Positions 1 through 13,199 are shown, counted from the stretch's first letter. The stretch is DNA of 64,000 bases from Bradymonadia bacterium (GCA_046290225.1 JBKAGE010000052.1:1-64000), one strand, 5' to 3'. Translations and numbers: made by a program. The notes: generated by a model not told the origin, from the sequence alone.

Positions 1-42
1 GACATTGACGAGGATGTCGCTGACTTCGCCAACATCCAGTAA
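1..42 (+). CDS. 3' end of a CDS entering from the left edge (...DIDEDVADFANIQ*)
   Basis: Open frame 1 ending in TAA at 40-42, followed by a hairpin; too short to identify. Confidence 0.5.
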   Translation, partial: DIDEDVADFANIQ

Positions 43-56
43 GTCACGCATCTGAC

Positions 57-103
57 CATCGAACCCTGGCTTGAACTGCCAGGGTTCGATGACCTGCCCT
101 TTT
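57..103 (+). terminator. Probable intrinsic terminator hairpin
   Basis: Perfect 14-bp inverted repeat CATCGAACCCTGGC (57-70) / GCCAGGGTTCGATG (78-91), 7-nt loop; short T run offset by a few bases. Confidence 0.6.
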
Positions 104-234
104 CTCAACTCCCCCACACATTCTGATGTCGTTTGGGCCTTTCAGAGGCACTGACCAGACATGCTCTTCTTGTAAAGTTGCAGCCTCGACCGTGGCAGTG
201 GCATCACGTCTGCGCACGAACGAGGAGTGCCGCT

Positions 235-957
235 GTGCTCGAGGTCGACAACCTGCTCAAGCGATATGGCGACCATGCCGCAGTCTCGGGGCTGACTGTT
301 CGGGTAGAGCCTGGTACCATCTTGGGCCTGGTTGGCCCCAACGGTGCGGGCAAGACCACGGCCTTGAGGATGATCTGTGGGGTGATCCCTGCTGATGGTG
401 GTCAAATCAAGGTGGCCGGGCATGCCATGAGTCGTCGAGGCAGGCTGGCGCGGCAGCATCTGGGTTTCGTACCTGCAGAGCCTGCCTTGCTCGACGATCT
501 CACCGTCGAGGAGCACTTGCGTTTCATTGGGCGGCTGTATGGTGTGGAAGATGTGCCCAGCCACGCCCATGCGCTCCTCACTGACATGCAACTCGTCGAT
601 CATCGACGCGCGTTGCCCGAGGCGCTCTCCAGGGGCATGCAGCAAAAGCTGATGCTCGCATGTGCGCTGTTGCACCGACCTGCTGTCCTGGTGCTCGACG
701 AGCCGTTCACTGGTCTTGATCCCGAGGCCATTCGGCGGCTGAGAGAGCGTATACGACGTGCTGCCGATGAGGGGGCATCTGTTGTCATCAGCAGTCATCT
801 GTTGGGCCTGGTTGAGCAACTCGCTGATCGACTGTTGTTGTTGTCCCGGGGTCGTAAGATCGCAGAGGGCACTCTGGCTGAGCTGACAGCGCGTAAGGCT
901 GAAGGTCAGCGTGATTTGGAGTCACTCTTCTTCGAACTGACCGGCAGAGCCGGATGA
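235..957 (+). CDS. ABC transporter ATP-binding protein (ABC-2 exporter type)
   Basis: Walker A GPNGAGKTT, signature LSRGMQQK, Walker B LVLDEP, H-loop SSH. GTG start at 235 chosen for the GAGGAG RBS. Confidence 0.93.
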   Translation: MLEVDNLLKRYGDHAAVSGLTVRVEPGTILGLVGPNGAGKTTALRMICGVIPADGGQIKVAGHAMSRRGRLARQHLGFVPAEPALLDDLTVEEHLRFIGRLYGVEDVPSHAHALLTDMQLVDHRRALPEALSRGMQQKLMLACALLHRPAVLVLDEPFTGLDPEAIRRLRERIRRAADEGASVVISSHLLGLVEQLADRLLLLSRGRKIAEGTLAELTARKAEGQRDLESLFFELTGRAG

Positions 958-2651
958 GATCGGCCACCCTCTACTACCTGTACTCCAGCACCCTGAATCA
1001 GGGCCGGCGATGGCTGAAGAGGTTGAGGCGCCCGCAATATGGCCTCGTGGTCGCTGTCGCCCTCGCCTGGATGATCGGCACCCGGGTGGGCATCTTCGCC
1101 GAGGCCGATGATGTGCTCGTCGAGCCTTCTCCTGCCCTCATGGGTGGGATCATGCTGGGTGGGGCATGGGCTCTGGGGATCATGCTGTCTCTGCGGTGGA
1201 TCATGGGTGTGAGGGGCATAGACCGCGGGTTGCCTCGGGCTGCAGCGCCGTTGTGGATCTCCACGCCGCTCTCCACAGGCGACTTGATGGTGATGCGTAC
1301 GCTGAGGGCTCAAGGGCCCTTGCTCCTCTCATGTGGGGTGATTTGGGGGTATGCCGCTCTGGGTGGGCTGCCCCTCGGTGGTTTGCCGCTGGCGCTCACC
1401 GCATGGTTGGTGGGCACCTCTGTCACGTTGCACGAGGGCGTGGTCCTGTTGGCGGTGGCCCGCCCTGTGGCGCAGTGGATCAGACGCTTGATGCGTGCTG
1501 TGGGTGGGTTGATGCCCCCCGTGATTCTCGTGGCTGCTGTGGGCCCTCTACCACCGATGAGCCTCGAGCCTGCTGCGTGGATGGATTGGTTGTCGGTGGC
1601 CGAGCCGTCAGGTCCGCTCGCATGGATCACTGCGCCAGTGTTCGCCATCGCCCAGATGCCCCTGAGTCAGACGATGGAGGAGCTGCTGCACCATGGCGTC
1701 GGTGCAGGCGCACTGCCCCTGGCCCTCGTGGTGCTGACATTGTTCATGAAGGGCGTTCACCCTGGAGAGATTACGCTGGGGGAGACTGGTGGGCGCCGAC
1801 GGGCAGCGACTTCACTCGCCCCCTGGGCGCTGAAGATACGCTTGCCGTTGAAGCGACGTGGCCCTCGCTGGCGGGCGTTGGTCTGGCTGATCTCCACGCC
1901 TGTGTTTCGTCGAGATTTGCCCACGCTGCTGGGTCTGTTCGGGGCGCTGTGGTTGGGGGCGATGGTGGGGTTGATGGGCACCAGCCCTGCCTTCGCTGTC
2001 GTGCGCCGTTTGATGACGATGTCTCTGGTGATGTCGTTGTTGGTCCTGCCGTTCACCGGACCTGGGTTGCTGCGGGCCGATTTGCGGGTGCTCCTGGCCC
2101 GTGTGGAGCTGGTGCGGGCGCTGCCTCTCTCGGGCGCTGAGCTGGTGCGGGCGGCAGTGTATGCCCCTGCGGCGCTGATGCTGTTCATCGAGGTGATGCT
2201 CATGGCCATGGTGACCTCTCTCATGACAATGGGCGTCGTAGGGGGCAGGACGGTGATGCGCCTGTCCGAGCACCTCTTTGACTTGTTGTATGTATTGCCT
2301 GCTGTGTTTGTGGTGATCCTTGTGGCCTTCACTGCCCAGAATGCCCTGGTACTCATGTTTCCTCGATGGTTCGTGACTCCAGGGGCACGGAGTAGCGTAG
2401 GGGTGCCGGCAGGTGCTGATGGGCGCACATTGCTCGCCGGCCTGGCGTACGGGGTGGTCTTCGCGTTGTTGGCGACGCCCCCTGTCCTGGTGGCGGGTGG
2501 GGCGGCGTTGTTGTCGGTGGCGCTGGGCGCCGAAGCACAAACCCCTTGGGTGATTTGGGGGTTCACGCTCGCTGGTCTGGTGGTCGTAGAAGCGACCCTG
2601 CGTTTGCTGGGTCGACACCTGGACAAGGATTTCGATCCCGATCTGCCCTGA
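954..2651 (+). CDS. Multi-TM putative ABC exporter permease
   Basis: Many hydrophobic segments; ATGA overlap with the ATPase gene. Confidence 0.75.
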   Translation: MRSATLYYLYSSTLNQGRRWLKRLRRPQYGLVVAVALAWMIGTRVGIFAEADDVLVEPSPALMGGIMLGGAWALGIMLSLRWIMGVRGIDRGLPRAAAPLWISTPLSTGDLMVMRTLRAQGPLLLSCGVIWGYAALGGLPLGGLPLALTAWLVGTSVTLHEGVVLLAVARPVAQWIRRLMRAVGGLMPPVILVAAVGPLPPMSLEPAAWMDWLSVAEPSGPLAWITAPVFAIAQMPLSQTMEELLHHGVGAGALPLALVVLTLFMKGVHPGEITLGETGGRRRAATSLAPWALKIRLPLKRRGPRWRALVWLISTPVFRRDLPTLLGLFGALWLGAMVGLMGTSPAFAVVRRLMTMSLVMSLLVLPFTGPGLLRADLRVLLARVELVRALPLSGAELVRAAVYAPAALMLFIEVMLMAMVTSLMTMGVVGGRTVMRLSEHLFDLLYVLPAVFVVILVAFTAQNALVLMFPRWFVTPGARSSVGVPAGADGRTLLAGLAYGVVFALLATPPVLVAGGAALLSVALGAEAQTPWVIWGFTLAGLVVVEATLRLLGRHLDKDFDPDLP

Positions 2652-2684
2652 GTGGTGTGCCCGTGGTAGACCAGAGTATCTCTG

Positions 2685-4106
2685 ATGATGGAGTGCTCAG
2701 TGTCCGATCGAAGTTTCCGTATGTTGTTCTCTGTAGACACAGAGTCTGATGCGTTGCCCATCTGGCCAGTGACCACTGTGGCATTCGGTGACTGGATGGC
2801 GTCGATGGCGCCCCGCCATCAGGCCTTCTTGAAGACTACGGGGTTCACGGGCCGAGCAGGACAGCTCGCGCTGTTGCCTGGAGCTGATGGGGCCATCGAG
2901 GGGGCCGCTTTTGGCCTCGGGCAGCTGAGTGATCCGTTCTGTGCGGCCACGCTGTCTGCTCAGCTGCCTTCAGGCTGTTGGGCGCTCAAGGCACCCATCG
3001 GTGAGCTCACCATGCATCAGGTGGCGTTGTCGTGGGCCCTGGGGACGTACGCCTTCGATCGATACACCCGCAAGCCAGATGCCGAGTCCAAGCAGCACCC
3101 ACAGCTCCACATGAGCGAGGCGGCCATCGTCGACGCTGTGGTGGCTGAAGCAGAGGCCATGGCGTGGGTGCGCGATCTGGTGAATACCCCTGCCGCTGAC
3201 ATGACACCCGCCGATCTCGCCGCCGAGGTGGCGCGCCTGGCAGAGCGCCATGGTGCTGCGTACGATGAGATCGTCGGTGATGCGCTGGTGGACGAGGGCT
3301 ACCCCATGGTGCACGCCGTGGGCCGTGCCGCAGATGTGGCACCCCGCATCTCGTGGCTCACCTGGGGGGAGGACGCACACCCCAAAGTGACGCTGGTGGG
3401 GAAGGGGGTCTGTTTCGACAGTGGGGGGCTGAACCTCAAGCCCGGCGCCTCGATGCGCAACATGAAGAAAGACATGGGCGGCGCGGCCCACGTGCTCGGG
3501 CTGGCGTCGCTCATCATGGGGGCAAAGCTGCCTGTGAGACTGCGCGTGATCGTGCCTGCGGTGGAGAACGCCATCGGCGCAGGTGCCTTTCGCCCGGGTG
3601 ATGTGCTCTCAAGTCGAAAGGGCCTCACCGTGGAGATCGGAAATACCGACGCCGAGGGCCGCTTGATCCTCGGCGACGCGCTGGCCTTCGCCGACGCCGA
3701 GTCACCTGACTTGCTCGTGGACATGGCCACCCTCACAGGTGCTGCACGGGTGGCCCTCGGCCCTGAGCTGCCGCCGTACTACACGCGAGATGCCGACTTC
3801 TCTGCATCCCTGGAGCGTCACGCAGAGCAGGCCCATGATCCTGTATGGCGCATGCCGCTCTGGGCGCCCTATGAAGACATGCTCGATTCACCCATCGCCG
3901 ACGTCTGTCACATCGGCAACAGCCCTAAGGGCGGGTCGATCACCGCCGCGCTCTTCCTCGGGCGCTTTGTGGAGCACGCCAGGACCTGGGTGCACCTCGA
4001 TGTCTACGCCTGGAACGACAAAGGCCGACCCGGCCGCCCAGCGGGTGGAGAAGCTCAAGGCTTGCGGGCGCTCTTTCACGCCATCGCCGAGCGCTACAGT
4101 CTGTAA
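2685..4106 (+). CDS. Leucyl aminopeptidase, peptidase M17 (PepA/PepB-like)
   Basis: GKGVCFDSGG, MKKDMGGAA, NTDAEGRL and DMATLTGA motifs; start uncertain (2685 or 2721). Confidence 0.95.
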   Translation: MMECSVSDRSFRMLFSVDTESDALPIWPVTTVAFGDWMASMAPRHQAFLKTTGFTGRAGQLALLPGADGAIEGAAFGLGQLSDPFCAATLSAQLPSGCWALKAPIGELTMHQVALSWALGTYAFDRYTRKPDAESKQHPQLHMSEAAIVDAVVAEAEAMAWVRDLVNTPAADMTPADLAAEVARLAERHGAAYDEIVGDALVDEGYPMVHAVGRAADVAPRISWLTWGEDAHPKVTLVGKGVCFDSGGLNLKPGASMRNMKKDMGGAAHVLGLASLIMGAKLPVRLRVIVPAVENAIGAGAFRPGDVLSSRKGLTVEIGNTDAEGRLILGDALAFADAESPDLLVDMATLTGAARVALGPELPPYYTRDADFSASLERHAEQAHDPVWRMPLWAPYEDMLDSPIADVCHIGNSPKGGSITAALFLGRFVEHARTWVHLDVYAWNDKGRPGRPAGGEAQGLRALFHAIAERYSL

Positions 4107-4109
4107 ACG

Positions 4110-5543
4110 ATGGAAGCGTTGATCTTCGGCTTGTTGGCTTTTGCTGCCCTCACTGGGCTCAGATACGCATCGGCGCGTCAGATCAAAGACGCTCACAGAC
4201 AAGCGGCCGAGAAGCTGGGCATGGTGGCTCAACTGGGTCGCACCTTCGAGACCCGCGAGCGCATCGACGGCGTGCTGGAAGGCTTCGATGTGCGCATCGA
4301 GAGTCGAGAGGGCACTGAAAAGAAGAACAGCAACAAGAAGGTCACCTGCTTCGAAGTCGACTCTGGCGGGTTGATCCCCAACACCATCAAGTTCAGCCGC
4401 GAGGGGTTCGGCACCACGCTCGGTCGCATCGTGGGTCGAGGCGATCTCGAAGTGGGCGATGCCGACTTTGACCGCGCGGTCTTCATCCAGGGGCCGTCGC
4501 TGATTCTGTACGCCGTACTCGACGCCAAAACACGGTCGATGCTGCAGCGGCACATCGAGGAATACGATCTCTCGGTGGGGGAGGGGCGCGCCAGGGCCGA
4601 AAGCACCGAGCGTGTGCGGCGCGCCGAGATCATTGTGGGCCAGATCAAGTCGATGGCCGTGCTCACCGAGCGATTGTGTGTTCGGCGTCGCGACGAGATC
4701 CCCGCTCGACTGAGGCGAAACGTCGAGAGTGATCCGTTCCACGTGATTCGGGGGCGGTGCTTGTCCATGCTGCTCGAGCATTACCCGGATCACGATCAGA
4801 CCGCCCTCGCCGCAGAGGTGGCGCTGCAGGATTCGGAGCCCGAGGTCCGGGTGCTCGCTGCCGAAGCGCTCGGCGCAGAGGGGCTGCCTGTGCTCTGGTC
4901 TCTGGTCTCTGACGCCCGAGCCACAGATGAGGTCAGGGCTCGGGCATTCTCCCAATGGTCGGCCCAGAATGTGGCTGCGACGACACAGCTCGAGGGGGTG
5001 CTCCAGGACTTGGGACCTCACATCGGTAAGGTACCCCTGTTGTCGGCCCACCTCTTCAGGGCGTGCCTTCAGCTCCCACCGGGTGATTGGAGCACTCTAG
5101 ATGCGCTCCTCGGCCGCCTCGCCCCCCATGTGGCATCAGAGGCTGCGGAGGCACTCGCCCATGCTGTGGTTCACATTGCCCAGCCTGGTCAATGCACGCC
5201 CACCTTGTTGGCGGTGCTCTCCATCGAGCATTTGAAGACCCGTTTGATCGCTGCGGAGGCGCTGGGCCGTCTGGGTGATCGTCGCGCACTGGCGCCTCTC
5301 GAGCGTTGTACTCAGGGGTTGCTCACTGATGGTGAGCTCAAACGCACAGCTCGGGCGGCCATGGAGGCGATCGACGCCCGAGAGGCACACGTTCAGCTCG
5401 GTGGGCTCTCTGTTGTCGACGAGTGCGAGCGCGAAGGCGCTTTGAGCTTCGACGAGCGAGGCAAGCTGTCCGAGATCAAAGCAAAACGGGCTGCAGATGG
5501 TACACCTGCAGGGGTGAGCACACCGAAGACACCTGAGTCATGA
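4110..5543 (+). CDS. Membrane-anchored HEAT/PBS-lyase-repeat protein
   Basis: N-terminal TM; repeats such as EVRVLAAEALG and RLIAAEALGRLGDRRALAPL. Confidence 0.7.
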   Translation: MEALIFGLLAFAALTGLRYASARQIKDAHRQAAEKLGMVAQLGRTFETRERIDGVLEGFDVRIESREGTEKKNSNKKVTCFEVDSGGLIPNTIKFSREGFGTTLGRIVGRGDLEVGDADFDRAVFIQGPSLILYAVLDAKTRSMLQRHIEEYDLSVGEGRARAESTERVRRAEIIVGQIKSMAVLTERLCVRRRDEIPARLRRNVESDPFHVIRGRCLSMLLEHYPDHDQTALAAEVALQDSEPEVRVLAAEALGAEGLPVLWSLVSDARATDEVRARAFSQWSAQNVAATTQLEGVLQDLGPHIGKVPLLSAHLFRACLQLPPGDWSTLDALLGRLAPHVASEAAEALAHAVVHIAQPGQCTPTLLAVLSIEHLKTRLIAAEALGRLGDRRALAPLERCTQGLLTDGELKRTARAAMEAIDAREAHVQLGGLSVVDECEREGALSFDERGKLSEIKAKRAADGTPAGVSTPKTPES

Positions 5544-5550
5544 CGAGGGC

Positions 5551-6108
5551 ATGCCGATGAGATGGGTTTGGGTCGCTGTCATCTGCACGTGCCTGTGCAC
5601 CCCGGCTTGGGCCGAGCGTGGAGAAGACACGGTCTTTCTACAAGGTGAGCTGTACACCTCTGTTCTGACAGAGACAGACGAGGGGGCGCGGCTGGCGAAC
5701 GCCTTTGGCGGCAGCATCAAAGCGGGTCGCCGGTGGGGGCGGTGGGGTGTCTTTGGCCAGATCGAACAATCTGCGTGGCGATCACCTGGGGTAGAGGAGG
5801 GCGAGTTTGAACTCTATGGGGCGCTGAACATCGGCCCTGGAGGTGAGGTCCTCTTCGCGGACGGGCTCGCGAGAACCAGCGTCGCCGTCGGGCTGTCGAT
5901 GCTCAACTGGTCCACGCCCACGGACGAGGCATGGCAGAAAGGCGTCTTCCTCGACGTGCGCCCTGGCGGGTTCCGATTCGAGATCGACGATCGTTGGCTG
6001 ATCAACGTCGATCCGATCTCCTTCACATTGTTGATGCCTGCCCTCGACGGGATCCCCCTCGTGGAGTTCGAGTATCGCACCACCATCGTCGCCGAATACA
6101 CGCTGTAG
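5551..6108 (+). CDS. Secreted small outer-membrane beta-barrel-like protein
   Basis: Signal peptide ending AWA; amphipathic beta pattern; paralogous to the C-terminal domain of the next gene. Confidence 0.6.
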   Translation: MPMRWVWVAVICTCLCTPAWAERGEDTVFLQGELYTSVLTETDEGARLANAFGGSIKAGRRWGRWGVFGQIEQSAWRSPGVEEGEFELYGALNIGPGGEVLFADGLARTSVAVGLSMLNWSTPTDEAWQKGVFLDVRPGGFRFEIDDRWLINVDPISFTLLMPALDGIPLVEFEYRTTIVAEYTL

Positions 6109-6119
6109 GAGGTCCCATG

Positions 6120-7727
6120 ATGTCTCGCCTCTGGCTGTGCGTGTCGTGCATGTTGATCCTTACGACGGGCGCACGGGCCTTCAGCCTCGACTCCGGGTTG
6201 ACCACTTCGTGCCACGAGCGGATCACCACCACCAGTATGCTCACGTTGTTGTCGGCCTTCGAAGGGCAGCCCCTGCCGGTGCAGGTGCCCGAAGACGACA
6301 CATGGCGAAAGCTCACCCGGCCTTTCTTCACCGAGCAGCTGCTCAACGAGTTCCCCGCGCTGAGAGAAGAGACCTTTCAGTTCGTCTTGTTCAGCATCAT
6401 CGTCGGTGTGCGGGCTCCAGATACCGAGGGGCACTCGGTGCTCGATCTCAACGCCTTGCGCCGGGTGCATGGCGATCCTGATCCTCGTGGCCAGTATGCC
6501 CACGCTCTGCGTGGACCCGCCGACGACCACGAGATGGGCAACCTCAACGCCGTCGAGGGCACCCGAGAGGCCATCATCGAGCTGCTGCGTGAGGCCCTGG
6601 AGACCGAGGCGGGGCTCACCGGAGAGTTGATCTTCGAGGCGCAGATCTCACTCGATTTCTATGGGGCCATCAAGGTGGAGGTCTGGCGGCCGGCCTATTT
6701 GCTCGGTCGAGCGCTCCATGCGCTGCAGGACAGCTTCGCCCATACCCTGCGCAGTGACGATCTCACTCGGATCGTGCACGTGATGAACTACGTCGACGCC
6801 ATCGGCGGTCACCTCAAAGAGGAGCGGGACGGCATGGCGCACTCCGACTCCATCGACGACTGCGAGAACGGCGTGGAGCCCATCGTGGACGCGGCGGAGA
6901 TGGCCACCGCCGACATGGCTCGGGCCTTCGGGCTCGCTGCCCAGGCGCAAGATCCTGTCATCGCCCGGGCGCTGATCGGCGAGGTGCTTGATGCATGGTT
7001 GACCTATGAGCCCGGGTGCACGCTGGCCAACGATTATTGTGACTCGGTCTGGCTCGACAAGGCCCGAGAGGAGCAGACTGGCCCCTACCTCGAAGCGATC
7101 TTCGGGTGCTCTACCCGGCCCGGACAGCCCGGAGGCGTGTTGCTGGGGCTGGTGGTGCTGCTGGGCCTGATGCGTCGACGCGCTCTGGGCGTGGTGGCGC
7201 TGTTGCTCTGTGTCGCGCCTCAGAGCGCCCATGCACTGTGGCCGCCAGACGGTGGTTTCGTCAGCCTCGAAGGCCACGGATCTGCCCTGAGCGATGCCCC
7301 TGACCGAGCCATCATCTCACCGACGGTGGGGTGGGGTCTTCGAGGCGGCGCGCGGTGGGACAAATGGGGGGCCTTCGTGCACGTGGAGCGCAACCACTGG
7401 CTTCAGCTGGAGCGCTCGGGGAAGTTCGTGCCGGGCAGCCTGAACACGGGCCTGGGCGTGGAGCTGATCTCTGGCGGCGGGTTCATCCGCTCGTCGTTCA
7501 CCATCGGTATGTCGATCCTGATGTACGACACGCTGCTCGATGACAAAGGCACCGTAGGCGGTTTCACCGACATGCGCCCGATGGGCCTGCGCTGGGAACT
7601 GGCAGAGGGAGTGAGGTTGGCCTTCGATCCGCTCTCTTTCGCGGTGGTGGCGCCGGTGCCTCTCGGTGAGGCGCCCTTGCGGCTGTTCGAGTATCGGACC
7701 CTGCTTGGAGTGGAGTGGGCCCCCTGA
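6120..7727 (+). CDS. Secreted His-rich (Zn phospholipase C/HET-C-like) domain + internal MYXO-CTERM-like segment + beta-barrel-like domain
   Basis: AGGAGG RBS; signal peptide ending ARA; CHERIT, HAL and HALQDSFAH motifs; internal GC...hydrophobic...RRR. Confidence 0.6.
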   Translation: MSRLWLCVSCMLILTTGARAFSLDSGLTTSCHERITTTSMLTLLSAFEGQPLPVQVPEDDTWRKLTRPFFTEQLLNEFPALREETFQFVLFSIIVGVRAPDTEGHSVLDLNALRRVHGDPDPRGQYAHALRGPADDHEMGNLNAVEGTREAIIELLREALETEAGLTGELIFEAQISLDFYGAIKVEVWRPAYLLGRALHALQDSFAHTLRSDDLTRIVHVMNYVDAIGGHLKEERDGMAHSDSIDDCENGVEPIVDAAEMATADMARAFGLAAQAQDPVIARALIGEVLDAWLTYEPGCTLANDYCDSVWLDKAREEQTGPYLEAIFGCSTRPGQPGGVLLGLVVLLGLMRRRALGVVALLLCVAPQSAHALWPPDGGFVSLEGHGSALSDAPDRAIISPTVGWGLRGGARWDKWGAFVHVERNHWLQLERSGKFVPGSLNTGLGVELISGGGFIRSSFTIGMSILMYDTLLDDKGTVGGFTDMRPMGLRWELAEGVRLAFDPLSFAVVAPVPLGEAPLRLFEYRTLLGVEWAP

Positions 7728-7761
7728 GGCCTGATCTCATGAACGAGATACTGGTCTCAGG
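7723..7761. terminator. Imperfect hairpin between convergent genes
   Basis: CCTGAGGCC..ATCTC-loop-GAGAT..GGTCTCAGG. Confidence 0.35.
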
Positions 7762-7770
7762 CGTGTTGTC

Positions 7771-7959
7771 TCACATACGGCTCACGAATGAGTCACGTGG
7801 AGACAAGAGCGCTCGCGCTCGCAGCGCCATGCGCTGAGCGAGGGGCAAGCAGGGGTAGAGGTCCATCATGGCGGTGGACAAGAACAGGTCGGCAGGGTTC
7901 TTGGTGCGGATGGCATCGTCCTGGACCTGGGCGGCGGCGGGGATTACGGGAAACTGCAT
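7771..7959 (-). CDS. Small hypothetical protein (62 aa)
   Basis: GAGGAG RBS upstream of ATG 7959; no recognisable motif. Confidence 0.45.
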   Translation of the reverse strand: MQFPVIPAAAQVQDDAIRTKNPADLFLSTAMMDLYPCLPLAQRMALRARALLSPRDSFVSRM

Positions 7960-8228
7960 GGGACTCTCCTCGAGAATGTGTTGATGGTTCACCCGAGTAG
8001 AGGTGCCCCCCTACTCGGCGCCCTCGAGAGCGGCATGCTCCGTCGAGGGCGGCGGTTTCTACGCCTCTTGCACAGGAAGATCAACTCCTGGCAGGTCGAT
8101 TTGAGAGTCGATGCGCGAGAAACGGCTCAACGGCAGGGCTTGGAGGTATGGTCCAAGTGAACTGAGAGCGGCTTGAGTGCCTGCTGCAGCCTCAGGCCCG
8201 TGGCCCGTGTGCAGGTTATATTGGCTGG

Positions 8229-8768
8229 CTACTTCTTCACCTTGGTGGTTTGCCCGGCGCGGACCGTGAAGGCTTTCTGACCCACCGTGTAGCCGCCTAC
8301 GGGCAGCCAGCCTTTGAACTTGCCCTTCTTCTTCACCTGAGAGGCTGCGGCCTCGACGAGCTTGCGGTGTACCGGGTCAAAGGGCATCCCCCCATCAGGG
8401 GTGAGGGCGTTGCCCTTCTGCTTCTTGATCTTCACCTGGCCGAAGCTCTTTTTCACATAGCCAAGCTCGTCCCTGCCCTGAGCACCGGCCCGCTTGAGGC
8501 GCTCGATCCATTCGGCGACGTCGGCGTTCTCCTTGGCCGACTGGGCACCAGTGACATGGGTCTGGGCTTTGATGGTGACCTTCTTGAGCTTCATCAGCTG
8601 CTTGTAGTTGCGCTCCACACCGCCCCAGTGGTTCTTGCGAGCAAGCTTGCTGATCTCTTCCTCGAGGCGGTGGGCCTCGGCCTGGTTCTTGGACTTCTTG
8701 GCGTAGGCGGTGCCGCTCACCGCGAAGAGGCTGATCAACAGCCACACCGTCATTTGGCCGAACTTCAT
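8229..8768 (-). CDS. Secreted Lys-rich hypothetical protein
   Basis: AGGAG RBS; signal peptide MKFGQ...AYA; strong GC3 codon bias. Confidence 0.75.
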   Translation of the reverse strand: MKFGQMTVWLLISLFAVSGTAYAKKSKNQAEAHRLEEEISKLARKNHWGGVERNYKQLMKLKKVTIKAQTHVTGAQSAKENADVAEWIERLKRAGAQGRDELGYVKKSFGQVKIKKQKGNALTPDGGMPFDPVHRKLVEAAASQVKKKGKFKGWLPVGGYTVGQKAFTVRAGQTTKVKK

Positions 8769-8895
8769 ACTCACTTCTCCTTTGAGGATCCCTGCATACG
8801 AGCTGCCCCGATGAAGGCGCTCTACCGCTTCAACGTGCAATCAGAAGACAAACATAAGCGAATGGTCATGTCAGACCTCACCCAGAAGGGGGCGC

Positions 8896-10410
8896 TCAGT
8901 ATCCCAAAGCCAGCTCGAATCTGTCCCGCAGCGCTTCGAGTACCTTGATGCGGGCAAAGCGTTTGTCATTGCCCTCAATCACCGTCCAGGGCGCCAGGGG
9001 TGTGTGCGTGCGCTGCAGCATATCTTCCACAGCCACCTCGTAGGCCCCCCACTTCTCGCGGTTGCGCCAGTCTTCTGCTGTGAGCTTCCAGCTCTTGTGG
9101 GGGGTGATCGCTCGGGCGTCAAAGCGGCGTTTTTGCTCGTCAGGTGTGATGTGGATCCAGAACTTCTGCACGATGACACCATGCTCCACGAGCTCTTGCT
9201 CGAAGAGATTGATCTCGCGATAGGCCCGCTGCCACTCGGCGTCAGTGGCGAAGCCCTCGACACGCTCCACGAGCACCCGGCCGTACCAGCTGCGATCAAA
9301 GAAGGTCACCCGGCCGTCCCGGGGAATGTGGTTCCAGAACCGCCACAGGTAGTGGTGGTCCAGCTCCTCTTTTGTCGGCGCCGCGACGGGTACGATCCGA
9401 AAGTGTCGGGCATCAAGAGCGGGCAGAATCCGTCGAATCGCTCCGCCCTTGCCTGCTGCATCCCAGCCTTCGAAGACCACCACCGCCGACTTGTGCTCTG
9501 CTTGAGTCCTGCGATGAAGGATGTGCAAGTGGCGTTGGGCCTCTGCGAGCTGATGCTTGTAGTCGGCCTTGGGCAGTTGTTGGCGCATGTCCAGCGTGGG
9601 CAAGAGCGGATTGGCGGGGGCAGGCCAGGGCCGGGCAGGCTCGGGCGCAGGAGTCACGCCATTCAACCGCTGCTCGATGGCCTCGAGAATCAGCGCGCCG
9701 ACGTTCAGGTTCCGGCGACGCGGATCTGAGGCGTCGACGATGTGCCACGGCGCCCGCACGCTGTGGGTGGCGTCGACGATCTGCTCGGAGTATTTGATGA
9801 ACCGGTCGTACCGCCCCCAGTTCTCCCAGTCCTTCTCTTTGACGCGCCATCGCTGCAGCCGATCACCCTCCAGAGATTCGAGGCGGGATTTCTGGTCTGC
9901 TTTGTCGAGGTGCAGCCAGATCTTGATGATCAGAGCACCATCGTCGACGAGCATGTTCTCGAGGGTACAGATCTCGTCGAGCTTCTCTCGAAAGACGCTC
10001 TTTTTGATGCGCTTGTAGACGCGATCGACCAACGGGCGGGAGTACCAGGCACTCAGATAGAGCCCGATCTCACCCCGAGGGGGCAGGTCTTTCCAAAACC
10101 GCCAGAAATCAGGCCGCTCTCGCTCGCCTTGGGTGGGCGTGTCGAAGGCTCGGGTGGTGATGTTGCGGGGATCCATCCACTCGTTGAGCAGGTTGACCAT
10201 GGTGCCCTTGCCGGCTTTGTCGACGCCGGAGAACAAGATCAAGACAGGGTGCTTGCTCTCTTTGAGTCGGGCTTGGGCAGAGAGCAGCCGCTCGCGCAGC
10301 TCGATCTCTTGGGCCTCGTAGTCTTTGCGGGTGATGGGGGAGGGCTTCTCAACGTCGTCGAACCACATCTGCTGCTGTCCCTCACGTGCTCGGTCGTGCA
10401 CTTCGGTCAT
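8896..10410 (-). CDS. pap: Polyphosphate:AMP phosphotransferase, two-domain PPK2 (class II)
   Basis: Two PPK2 domains (SGVDKAGKG...LSAWY and EGWDAAGKGG...FDRSWYGRVLVERVE). Confidence 0.9.
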   Translation of the reverse strand: MTEVHDRAREGQQQMWFDDVEKPSPITRKDYEAQEIELRERLLSAQARLKESKHPVLILFSGVDKAGKGTMVNLLNEWMDPRNITTRAFDTPTQGERERPDFWRFWKDLPPRGEIGLYLSAWYSRPLVDRVYKRIKKSVFREKLDEICTLENMLVDDGALIIKIWLHLDKADQKSRLESLEGDRLQRWRVKEKDWENWGRYDRFIKYSEQIVDATHSVRAPWHIVDASDPRRRNLNVGALILEAIEQRLNGVTPAPEPARPWPAPANPLLPTLDMRQQLPKADYKHQLAEAQRHLHILHRRTQAEHKSAVVVFEGWDAAGKGGAIRRILPALDARHFRIVPVAAPTKEELDHHYLWRFWNHIPRDGRVTFFDRSWYGRVLVERVEGFATDAEWQRAYREINLFEQELVEHGVIVQKFWIHITPDEQKRRFDARAITPHKSWKLTAEDWRNREKWGAYEVAVEDMLQRTHTPLAPWTVIEGNDKRFARIKVLEALRDRFELALGY

Positions 10411-10475
10411 TTAGATAGCACAGGGCTCGGCAGAAGAGAGATCCGTGACTGGACCAAAAGAGCGAGAGGGGTTTC

Positions 10476-13199
<2,724 letters not shown>

